Positions 1 to 7,630 of a stretch of 64,000 nt of DNA are shown piece by piece. The notes below the pieces were generated by a model. It did no database searches. It was not told where the DNA came from and saw only the letters and a program-made list of their open reading frames with translations. Numbering within the stretch: position 1 is the stretch's first letter; each line of letters begins with the position of its first letter. The DNA lies in the IMG/VR virus record IMGVR_UViG_3300011013_000001, positions 1 through 64,000 of that record. The stretch is one strand, 5' to 3'. The DNA is from a virus. Position numbers and translations under genes: made by a program.

Positions 1-135
1 ATCGGCCTCTAATTCTTCTGAACTAATCTCAATTTCCACTAATTCACCCCAACGAGCCATATCATACGCGAGCCATACAATCATAATAAGGCAACCAATA
101 AGAAACCCTAATACCAATTCCATCCAAAACATCAT
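1..135 (-). CDS. small membrane protein (truncated by window edge)
   Basis: Own translation. ATGATG at 135 is preceded by GAGGTGAATGAATA (SD-like). Product MMFWMELVLGFLIGCLIMIVWLAYDMARWGELVEIEISSEELEAD... has one hydrophobic helix then an acidic tail. The frame stays open to the window edge. Not in the ORF track because it is partial. Confidence 0.4.
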   Translation of the reverse strand, partial: MMFWMELVLGFLIGCLIMIVWLAYDMARWGELVEIEISSEELEAD

Positions 136-230
136 TATTCATTCACCTCAGACGCCTGTGTGATGGACCGGGGTAGTATCCAACTGCTCGGCATAGCCGC
201 GTATTCGCGTAGGGGAGATAAGTTTAGTAG

Positions 231-282
231 GTTCAAAACGCACAGTAGGTGTTAAAACGCACACTAACAAAGTTAAAATATA
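231..282 (+). promoter_or_regulatory. direct repeats GTT(C)AAAACGCACA(G/C)TA (231-247, 251-266) plus A/T box TTAAAATATA (273-282) upstream of the plus-strand mini-ORF
   Basis: Read directly in the 168-bp non-coding gap 136-303. The repeats are spaced 20 bp apart. The A/T box lies about -31 to -22 from the ATG at 304, which has no good SD. This fits an archaeal TATA/leaderless layout or a bacterial -10. Confidence 0.3.
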
Positions 283-303
283 ACGAGAGATAATAACAAA
301 TCA

Positions 304-414
304 ATGGAGAGAGTGCCCATAATAGTACTTTGTAGTCAATGCGGCGGCGCGCACGAAGCGTTTACGTTGCCCAAATACGACAACGACCAATCAGTCATCC
401 GATGCGATAAGTGA
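304..414 (+). CDS. 36-aa Cys-containing mini-protein (CxxC...H...C)
   Basis: Own translation: MERVPIIVLCSQCGGAHEAFTLPKYDNDQSVIRCDK. It sits in an otherwise non-coding gap and converges on, and overlaps by 24 nt, the 3' end of 391-603. It is below the ORF-track size cutoff. Confidence 0.3.
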   Translation: MERVPIIVLCSQCGGAHEAFTLPKYDNDQSVIRCDK

Positions 415-603
415 CGGCGTTTCCTCTTTGTCAAGGTCACGCAGTCTGCGCGATTTCTGCCACAGGCACGCACATTCGGGGCATTCCCAAATCAGGATTC
501 GGTTCGTTCTGTCGTTGACGTATCGGCCTTCAATCCGTTTGGCGAGAACGAGCGTCCAGCACGACGGACATTTCTGCATCAGGCGTTTGAAAAAATCGCC
601 CAT
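391..603 (-). CDS. zinc-ribbon protein (CPSC...CPEC)
   Basis: 70-aa ORF with two CxxC pairs about 30 aa apart. It directly abuts the upstream gene (604). Confidence 0.6.
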   Translation of the reverse strand: MGDFFKRLMQKCPSCWTLVLAKRIEGRYVNDRTNRILIWECPECACLWQKSRRLRDLDKEETPSLIASDD

Positions 604-1917
604 TCACAGTACCGCCTGCTTGATGAGTTTCAACCACGCGCTACCTTCATACACGAACCGCCCGTATTGGTCTGCGGCGATTGACTCGTTGATACCGAGC
701 GAATCAAAAGTAATTGAGCCGGCTCCGCCATCATTACGAATCTCTATGATATGCCCTTCGGGGAAATCGCTAGTGGGGTTCGGGTTGAGAATGATGTTGG
801 TAGCGTCAGGTACGAGCACGAAGATTTGGTCGCCTTCCGGGGTGAGGTTCCAAATCGCACCGCCGTAGTTCTGCGAAGCGGCACGAGCGTCCACACCACG
901 AGCGGACAGGCGTGCTGTTTCCACGCTCGCCGCGTCGTTCACCTGTGATGCGAAATAGAGGACGTCTTTAGTAGGGTTGCTAGCACGGTCGTTACCCTGT
1001 GAAGGACCATAACCGAACCCGTCAGTGCCCGCCACAGGCGGTGTGTTCCCCGCTGTACCATATTGAGCGGTTGACAACCATAGCGCGCCAACGTCGTGCA
1101 AGTCAGTAGCGGCCCCCACCGTGTCGCCAATCCCCCCGGACTCGGCGGCAACGGCGGAGTGTAAGGCTCGGAGGTCAGTAGCATTGTTCACACCATCGCC
1201 GCCTCCGCGAGCGATTTGCGATTGTTTGGTAGCGCTATCGGCGGCGGTACCGCCCGTAGACAGGGGGACGAGATACATTGGATTTGAGCGCAGGAATACC
1301 CGTTTGTCGTTTATTTCCACGACTTCTACTTGGTGAAGCCCGTTGGCCGCGTTGTGTTTACAGCGCACTACAGCGAGCACGATTACTTCTTCATTCTCGG
1401 TAACGACCGCCCCATCGTAGTCATGCAGATATTGTTCAGGCAGGGTTGGATACACGCCTGTAGTTACATCAACAGGAGTCCCGCCCGCGTAAATTAGTTC
1501 AGCGTGACCGGCAGTCCCGCCCGCCGCTCCGTCAGCAGCAGCAAGTAGAATTGTGTAGACTGATTGTTCAGCAGCAGCGGCTAGAGCCGTACCTGTACCT
1601 GAACCGGCAGCACCGAGAGTAAGCGTGGTAGAACTTCCCGGTCCGCCTGCATACTCGTACAGCGCTCCGTCAAGGACACAATAACCACCTTGCACGGTTA
1701 GAACAAACCCGCCTGTACCGCTGACAGCACCTTCAACACCATCAACGATGTTTCTGCTGCTACCGTACGCGCTATCGTGTAAGCGCAGCAGACCGTTACC
1801 GTGGACTGCTTCAAGAGCGTTAGTGATTGACGGTGAAGTGATGACATCACCATCGCGCAGACCGTCCTGCCCGCCTGTGTTTTGAGCAGCAGTGTGCCCG
1901 CTTAGTGGATTACTCAT
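604..1917 (-). CDS. Gly/Ala/Thr-rich structural protein, putative distal tail fibre / receptor-binding protein
   Basis: 437-aa ORF at the distal end of the tail module. Its G/A/T/S-rich, beta-type composition is typical of fibre proteins. Function is assigned by position only. Confidence 0.55.
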   Translation of the reverse strand: MSNPLSGHTAAQNTGGQDGLRDGDVITSPSITNALEAVHGNGLLRLHDSAYGSSRNIVDGVEGAVSGTGGFVLTVQGGYCVLDGALYEYAGGPGSSTTLTLGAAGSGTGTALAAAAEQSVYTILLAAADGAAGGTAGHAELIYAGGTPVDVTTGVYPTLPEQYLHDYDGAVVTENEEVIVLAVVRCKHNAANGLHQVEVVEINDKRVFLRSNPMYLVPLSTGGTAADSATKQSQIARGGGDGVNNATDLRALHSAVAAESGGIGDTVGAATDLHDVGALWLSTAQYGTAGNTPPVAGTDGFGYGPSQGNDRASNPTKDVLYFASQVNDAASVETARLSARGVDARAASQNYGGAIWNLTPEGDQIFVLVPDATNIILNPNPTSDFPEGHIIEIRNDGGAGSITFDSLGINESIAADQYGRFVYEGSAWLKLIKQAVL

Positions 1918-2128
1918 TTTGCATCATCTCCGGGTAGTAATAGTTCAACCACGCGAGTCGCTGCTCGGGTGTCATATCGTTCAGTTCCCACCACCATTTC
2001 ACTTGCGGGTTGTTAGGTTGTAGGCGCGGCCACAACTTGTCGTTAGCGAGGTTCGCCTGAGCCTGACGCGCTGTGTCTACGTGCCGCTGAATGCTTCGGT
2101 ATTGGGAAGGGGTTGGGTGGAAAGTCAT
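1910..2128 (-). CDS. hypothetical protein
   Basis: 72-aa ORF with coupled overlaps to both neighbours. Trp-rich (KWWWE). Confidence 0.5.
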   Translation of the reverse strand: MTFHPTPSQYRSIQRHVDTARQAQANLANDKLWPRLQPNNPQVKWWWELNDMTPEQRLAWLNYYYPEMMQNE

Positions 2129-2667
2129 ACGTCTTCCCCCGGTATATCGTGCACACCTTCCGGTAACACTATCTCATTCCACGCATCATCACCTTCGCGG
2201 TTACCCATCCACTTCCCGTCAGGCCCCGTCTTATCCCACCACCATTTCGGTCTCATTTCAGAGCGAGTGGACCCTGATACAGGTCCCGGGCGTACAGCCG
2301 TACGGAAATTATTTTCAAGACTTAAACCGGGTGCTATCTCATCCAATTCGTAACGGGTCAGCGGGCGCTCACCTCTACTCATACCTTTGCCCCTCCCACT
2401 GCTGACTACCTCACGCTCAACATGCGGCCATCGCTGGTACCGTTTAAGAGGGAAATTATGCAACGCTTCTCGGAACTTACGTGCACGGACACCGGATTGT
2501 GCTGTACCGATGCGATTCCAATAATGCTGAGTGATATGCGGCATACCATGAGGTGGTTTTTCTAAGGCCCGCTTCGGGTAATGTCTTTCGTCTTCGTACC
2601 CGCTCTTAGAAGAGTAGAGCGCTTCCTTGAGCAACCGCCACGCGAGGTCCATAGGTTCGCCTGCCAT
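2125..2667 (-). CDS. hypothetical protein with N-terminal EPMDLAWRLLK tag
   Basis: The ORF track gives 2125-2712. I prefer the ATG at 2667 (MAGEPMDLAWRLLKE), preceded by GGTGAcacat. This puts the tag at the N-terminus, as in the other carriers. Confidence 0.65.
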   Translation of the reverse strand: MAGEPMDLAWRLLKEALYSSKSGYEDERHYPKRALEKPPHGMPHITQHYWNRIGTAQSGVRARKFREALHNFPLKRYQRWPHVEREVVSSGRGKGMSRGERPLTRYELDEIAPGLSLENNFRTAVRPGPVSGSTRSEMRPKWWWDKTGPDGKWMGNREGDDAWNEIVLPEGVHDIPGEDV

Positions 2668-2752
2668 ATGTGTCACCAAAAGCAACCGGCCATTAGGGTT
2701 TCGGCGCATCAAACCGGGTCACGGGAGACCAGCGCTTGCACCAAAAAGGGGA

Positions 2753-2929
2753 CTAAGAGTGAAAAACCGTATAGGTAATCATACCCATAATGACTTCACA
2801 GGTAATATGCACCACCTCGTTCTTCATAATCCCGTCATCGTCCAACTTCTGCTGTAACTCGGCGGCCATACTGTTGTCCGCACCATTCGGCGGCCATCGG
2901 TAGATTTTGACGAAGATGTCTGATGCCAC
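2753..2929 (-). CDS. possible 58-aa hypothetical protein
   Basis: Own translation in the 260-bp gap. GTG start after GAGGCGG; product VASDIFVKIYRWPPNGADNSMAAELQQKLDDDGIMKNEVVHITCEVIMGMITYTVFHS. No motif support. Confidence 0.25.
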   Translation of the reverse strand: MASDIFVKIYRWPPNGADNSMAAELQQKLDDDGIMKNEVVHITCEVIMGMITYTVFHS

Positions 2930-2971
2930 GGCCCCGCCTCAATACAGGTGAAACGTGCCTAACTGATTAAA

Positions 2972-4705
2972 TTATGCCCGTTTCCACGGTACGCCTGTAC
3001 CGTTTTCTCCTTCAGTGGTAGCGAGAGCGTGCTCGTTCATACTAGCGCCTTGACCGTGCAACCACGCGTTTGCGTTATGATGGTCAGTCCATTGATTCTC
3101 TCCGAATTGAGCAGCGTCCACATTAGCATCAAGCCATTGGCCTAATTGCTTCATTCGTCCTGAGCCGCCATACCGGTCTTTACCGGACGCCTGTGACCGT
3201 TCCCCTGTATCCGCGTCTGCTTGCATCAATACATGACCTTGTTCCGCTGCGCCGGCAGGTTTGATGAAATAACCGGAGGGTGATGTTGTGTATTGCCCTG
3301 CTTGATTATAACCTGAAAAGTTACCACCTTTAGTATCATATCCGAAAAATGGAGCGAAATCGCCGGCGCGCGCTCCTTCGCTCGGGTCATCTACACCCGC
3401 GCTACCACCACCGGAACGAGTGTAAAACGGAAAAGTGCGTCTTACAGACGGGTCACGGCTACTCGCATAAGAAGCCGCTCCAATATGCCGACCCTGATGG
3501 TCTGTCCCGTGGTAATCAAAGCGCGGCTCACTCAGAGGAGTGTCCCATTCTTTGAGTAAACGCCAAGCGAGGTCCATAGGCTCGCCTGCCTCAATTGTGT
3601 CTTGCCAATCAGGGTCATCATCTGTCGGTAGGTTATGCGCCAGCGCGGTACGCTCTTCGTTAGTTAGACCGTGCTCGTCTTCCCACAGTTGCCAATCACC
3701 CCATGCGTCGTCTGTTGGTTTCACGGGTGCCGCATCACGGAGAGTTTTGTTGCGTAAGTCTTCCCAATTAGCGCGCTTCCCTGTACCATCACACCACGCG
3801 CAGATGTCGGATACTGCCCCTTGACCTGTTCCTCTACACATAGAGCATGGCTCGTCTTCAGGGTAGCCTGCCGTGTCGGGCATTGACGCTTTCAGCAACC
3901 GCATAGCGATTTCCATTGGCTCGCCCTTGTTCCGTTGCTGAAACTCAGGCGAGAATTGAGCATCTTCGCTAGTCCTTGGTAGAGCGAGATTCTGTTGGAC
4001 ATAGTATTTCTCTTCGTCAGTCAAACCATGCTCGTCTGTTAGTTTCACGGGTGCCGCATCACGGAGAGTTTTGTTGCGTAAGTCTTCCCAATTAGCGCGC
4101 TCCCCTGTACCATCACACCACGCGCAGATGTCGGATACTGCCCCTTGACCTGTCCCTCTACACATAGAGCATGGCTCGTCTTCAGGGTAGCCTGCCGTGC
4201 CGGGCATTGACGCTTTCAGCAACCGCATAGCGAGGTCCATTGGCTCGCCTGTCTTCTTATCTTGCCAATCTGTGCTCGGTAATTGATAATCGGGGTCACC
4301 CGATGCTTGTTGTCCTATGAATAATGCCATATCTTCCTCATCTTCGGGGGTCATATTATCAAAAAATTGACGATATGCTTCAGCCTCATCACGCATTAGT
4401 TTGTCTTGCCACCAATTTTCATCAACTTGCATTTCGGGGTTCCCATTGGAAGCAGGGATAGTGATGATTCTACCCACTTCATCTCTACGAGGAGCCACTC
4501 GCGCAATACTACCCATGTGGTAGTTGTCCCATTCGGGCATCGCTTGCCCATGCTTTGCCTCATACGCTTCGTGCGTTAATCGCTCAGCGATTGGATGGAT
4601 TGTATATTGGGGCGTGTGAGTGATATTACCTCGGTCAATATCATGCTGTGCAATATAAGGGTCAGTGTTGATGGCTTGGTGGGGCAACGCTTTCCATACC
4701 ATCAT
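2972..4705 (-). CDS. tag-bearing Zn-finger protein: 3 x EPMDLA[WM]RLLK and 2 x DnaJ-type CxxCxGxG-x7-CxxCxGxG modules
   Basis: 577-aa ORF. It has two 108-aa tandem modules (GEPM[DE][LI]AMRLLKASMP.TAGYPEDEPCSMCRGTGQGAVSDICAWCDGTG...) and a third tag copy. The C-terminal half is Gly/Ser/Tyr-rich. Confidence 0.85.
   Translation of the reverse strand: MMVWKALPHQAINTDPYIAQHDIDRGNITHTPQYTIHPIAERLTHEAYEAKHGQAMPEWDNYHMGSIARVAPRRDEVGRIITIPASNGNPEMQVDENWWQDKLMRDEAEAYRQFFDNMTPEDEEDMALFIGQQASGDPDYQLPSTDWQDKKTGEPMDLAMRLLKASMPGTAGYPEDEPCSMCRGTGQGAVSDICAWCDGTGERANWEDLRNKTLRDAAPVKLTDEHGLTDEEKYYVQQNLALPRTSEDAQFSPEFQQRNKGEPMEIAMRLLKASMPDTAGYPEDEPCSMCRGTGQGAVSDICAWCDGTGKRANWEDLRNKTLRDAAPVKPTDDAWGDWQLWEDEHGLTNEERTALAHNLPTDDDPDWQDTIEAGEPMDLAWRLLKEWDTPLSEPRFDYHGTDHQGRHIGAASYASSRDPSVRRTFPFYTRSGGGSAGVDDPSEGARAGDFAPFFGYDTKGGNFSGYNQAGQYTTSPSGYFIKPAGAAEQGHVLMQADADTGERSQASGKDRYGGSGRMKQLGQWLDANVDAAQFGENQWTDHHNANAWLHGQGASMNEHALATTEGENGTGVPWKRA
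3718..4249 (-). repeat. in-frame tandem duplication, period 324 bp (core copies 3718-3925 and 4042-4249)
   Basis: By-eye alignment shows 208-bp cores differing at about 6 positions. The offset is exactly 324 nt, or 108 codons. Confidence 0.9.
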
Positions 4706-5049
4706 TCCACCTCCAATAGGAACGAAAACCGCAGTTCGTTCTGCGCGTTCTTCGTGATGTTGGTGATGTCAGTACGGTACACCGGTACAAACTCGCCCGT
4801 AGCAGGGTCACGGTATTGCAGGTAGACTTCTTGGACATCAGTAGTGAAGGCGTGAGTCGTACCGAAAACGCCCTCAACGAGTAGCGTTTGGTCGTCAATG
4901 ACCGTGACGGTCGGAGTAATCTTGACCAGCGAGCGCGCCCCACCATCGTCCGCCGAGGCTTGCGTGCCATCGCTACCAATATGCAACTCGTTGACGAGCG
5001 TAGCAAAATGTTCGGTGAGGCGACGCTTGACTCCGTTCAGTATCGGCAC
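4702..5049 (-). CDS. hypothetical small beta-rich protein (tail module)
   Basis: 115-aa ORF with an ATGA overlap to the downstream gene. Confidence 0.6.
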   Translation of the reverse strand: MPILNGVKRRLTEHFATLVNELHIGSDGTQASADDGGARSLVKITPTVTVIDDQTLLVEGVFGTTHAFTTDVQEVYLQYRDPATGEFVPVYRTDITNITKNAQNELRFSFLLEVE

Positions 5050-5050
5050 T

Positions 5051-5440
5051 CTATCTTCCCCTCGCTCTTCCCAATATCAACTGTTGTTCCTCTTCGGGCA
5101 GACCTGCTAAAGCACTCATGATAGCGGGGTATTCCGCTGCTCGTTTTCTCTGCCCCTCATCCATTTGCGATAGCCGAGGGATTAACCATTGGTATAATTC
5201 GGGGTCAATCTCGCGATGGATATTCTCGTGAGTAGACGCGTAATTTATCCAATCAGTCAATCTCTGTTCGTCATCTGCCCCCGATTCGGAAGCGATTTGG
5301 TTTAGATAGATGCGCGGCTCGGGGCGCGTTTCGGGTACAGGGTACTGTGATTCATACACCCCCAAGCGCCCTTCGTGCTCGGGAGGCGCTGATATAACGG
5401 TCTCTAATTTTAGCACGAGCCAAGCCTTCTCCATCGGCAC
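5051..5440 (-). CDS. hypothetical protein with N-terminal MPMEKAWLVLK tag
   Basis: 129-aa ORF with the tag at residues 1-11. Confidence 0.65.
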   Translation of the reverse strand: MPMEKAWLVLKLETVISAPPEHEGRLGVYESQYPVPETRPEPRIYLNQIASESGADDEQRLTDWINYASTHENIHREIDPELYQWLIPRLSQMDEGQRKRAAEYPAIMSALAGLPEEEQQLILGRARGR

Positions 5441-5441
5441 C

Positions 5442-7298
5442 TCACCATCTCCTAAACCGTTTCGCTACACCCTTCGGTGACCCCATCTCGTGTGCGCGAG
5501 AGCGTAACAATCTAACAATACTTCCGGCGATTACTGCCGGAATTACGCCTGTGCGTGGGGTTGGAGCGCCTGAGAGGGTGAAAGTCGTGGCGCTAGCGAC
5601 AGTCGCCTCGTGCTGACACGCTTCGCCTGTATCTCCGTCATGGATGCTGATTTCTATTAGCCCTGTCTGAGGGAACCCGGCAGTGCTGCCCACTGTCAGC
5701 GTAGCCCCAACAAGAGTTGTAGCGGCCGTGTACGGGCTACCGTTCGCGCCGCCCAGCGCACCACGCACGCTGCTCGCAGCATCAGTTCGGAAAACCGTGC
5801 CGCCCGTAGTAGCGACAATCTTCCGCACGCCGAGCAGGAATCCGGCATGAATATCAGGAGCAGTATTATTGAGAGTAATCGGTTCAACCGTGACAGCGCT
5901 GTGCACACGCGCCCGCTTGCCAAGAACATGCCGAATGCTACCAACCATCCTGACGTTCAGGCGAGCGCGGCCGATACCCGACACGTCTTTTGTTATGATT
6001 TGCAGACCACGGTCAGGCTGAGCATCTTCTGCTAACAGTTCCTGACCTTCACCAAACGCCTGAAGCACTCCTTCAAGCCCTTGCTGATACGAAGCGAATT
6101 GGAATGACGAAGTATGCTTAGACAGAATATGAGAAGCCTCAATGACCGCCACTTTCGCGTTCTGTTTGTCTACCGGGTTTTGGTACTCAACCACCTCTCC
6201 TGCACTCAAATCCCACGATTTAACGTGCTTCTTGGACCGAAAAGTCCCTTGTGCCTTCCTGTTGGACCGTAGTAATTGGTTGGCAGACCGGCGCGCTTTA
6301 CGCTCAGTAGTAGCAGTCGGGTCGGTCACTTCTTCCTGTTTGATATGCCCGTGTTTCTTTTGCAGTTCCGCGTCATCAACCACTATGACGATGTCGTCAT
6401 TGTTCGCCTGTCTGACCCCTGTCACCATCAGTCTGTTAGCCACGTCTGTAATCGGGTCGGCTTCAGACTCGCCCATACCTTGAGACTGTCCGACCACCCT
6501 GTCGGTATGCGCGAACACTTTAGGCGTATACAGAAAGTTACCGAACCGGTCGTAGAACAACCCGTAGCCGTCATGCCGAGCGATGAACCGGAGCGCTGTC
6601 GGAATCCTCACGCCTCGGAAGTTCTGCGAAAGGAAAGTGAGAGAGTGGCGTGCTATGTCTGCTCCTTTGTAAGACGACACGGTGCCGGCTCTCGGTCCTG
6701 AAAACGAGTTGCCGACACTGACTGAGTTCAGACCGTGCAACTTGTCGGTGAACAGGCGTTGGGTCAAATCTGTTGTTCTGAACCCTACGCCTACTTTCTG
6801 TCCTAACCTGATATGGGTTTCATCACCGAACTGAATATCAGCGAGCGACCGCCCTTTCATGTTCTGCAAGTTCAGGCGTGTCCCTTTGGTGGCCGACTCT
6901 ACGCTTTTCGCTTTGAGCCGGTTCACCGGTTCAGATTCAGCGTAAGCGAGTAGCGGCGGTTGGTCACCCGTAATCAGTTTCCCGCCGGTGAAATACACCT
7001 GACCCTCACGGTCCACTCCTGCTTTGTCAGCGTGAGTCAGGCGAACAGCAGACTGTTCTTCCGTGAATCGGTAACGCCTGTCGTGAGTCATTTGGAAATC
7101 CGATTGAGTCGGTGGTTTAACCTGTAATTTGCGACCGCTGACAGCGTCATCATCGCGCCGGTATTCGGCGTGAAGCACCGCGTTGTCCACGAATACGGGC
7201 GTTTCCACGCTTGACTTGACGGTATCTTGTACGTTGTCAAGCCGAGCGCGAGGCGAGTAAGCACGCGAAGGACCGGGCGCAGGCGGGACATACGGCAT
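5442..7298 (-). CDS. putative tail hub / baseplate-type protein
   Basis: 618-aa ORF downstream of the giant fibre gene. The segment IARHDGYGLFYDRFGNFLYTP resembles the conserved core of gpD/gp27/Tal-type hub proteins. This is recalled from memory and not verified. Confidence 0.45.
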   Translation of the reverse strand: MPYVPPAPGPSRAYSPRARLDNVQDTVKSSVETPVFVDNAVLHAEYRRDDDAVSGRKLQVKPPTQSDFQMTHDRRYRFTEEQSAVRLTHADKAGVDREGQVYFTGGKLITGDQPPLLAYAESEPVNRLKAKSVESATKGTRLNLQNMKGRSLADIQFGDETHIRLGQKVGVGFRTTDLTQRLFTDKLHGLNSVSVGNSFSGPRAGTVSSYKGADIARHSLTFLSQNFRGVRIPTALRFIARHDGYGLFYDRFGNFLYTPKVFAHTDRVVGQSQGMGESEADPITDVANRLMVTGVRQANNDDIVIVVDDAELQKKHGHIKQEEVTDPTATTERKARRSANQLLRSNRKAQGTFRSKKHVKSWDLSAGEVVEYQNPVDKQNAKVAVIEASHILSKHTSSFQFASYQQGLEGVLQAFGEGQELLAEDAQPDRGLQIITKDVSGIGRARLNVRMVGSIRHVLGKRARVHSAVTVEPITLNNTAPDIHAGFLLGVRKIVATTGGTVFRTDAASSVRGALGGANGSPYTAATTLVGATLTVGSTAGFPQTGLIEISIHDGDTGEACQHEATVASATTFTLSGAPTPRTGVIPAVIAGSIVRLLRSRAHEMGSPKGVAKRFRRW

Positions 7299-7630
7299 TA
7301 GTTATCCCCCATCCCTTTGTGTTCAGGACATTCACCCCATTCAGAAATATCCCCATGCGGGTCATTAGGTGGCAATTGTTCCACTTTGTATGGTTCGCTT
7401 TCGGGGGGACAGTGCATACAATACCACGACAATTCACCTTGATTGGCTCTGGAATCTTGGATACACTCAAGACAAGACCACTCTCGCGGTGCTCTCTCGC
7501 GCCCGCATTCGTTTATACAAGGCTCTCCGGTAGGTTGGTCTAATGGTTCTTCACTATGGGCTACATATTCTTCACCCGTATCTTTATCATGGGTTTTCAA
7601 CACGCGCCAAGCGGTATCTATTGGATTCAA
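7298..7630 (-). CDS. Zn-finger protein with N-terminal MNPIDTAWRVLK tag
   Basis: 110-aa ORF. Its TTG start overlaps the giant ORF's TGA stop (TTGA), 3 nt after GAGGTGAATAA. Three CxxC pairs. The N-terminus is nearly identical to that of 33780-34889. Confidence 0.7.
   Translation of the reverse strand: MNPIDTAWRVLKTHDKDTGEEYVAHSEEPLDQPTGEPCINECGRERAPREWSCLECIQDSRANQGELSWYCMHCPPESEPYKVEQLPPNDPHGDISEWGECPEHKGMGDN

Noticed and set aside
428-868. 146-aa plus-strand ORF overlapping 391-603 and 604-1917
   Set aside because: It is antisense to two well-supported minus-strand genes. Its composition is Ser/Arg/Leu-rich and shadow-like, and it has no SD.
1910-2712. Shared KWWW[ED] tetrapeptide in adjacent proteins 1910-2128 and 2125-2712
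   Set aside because: It is too short to distinguish from chance, with no surrounding similarity.
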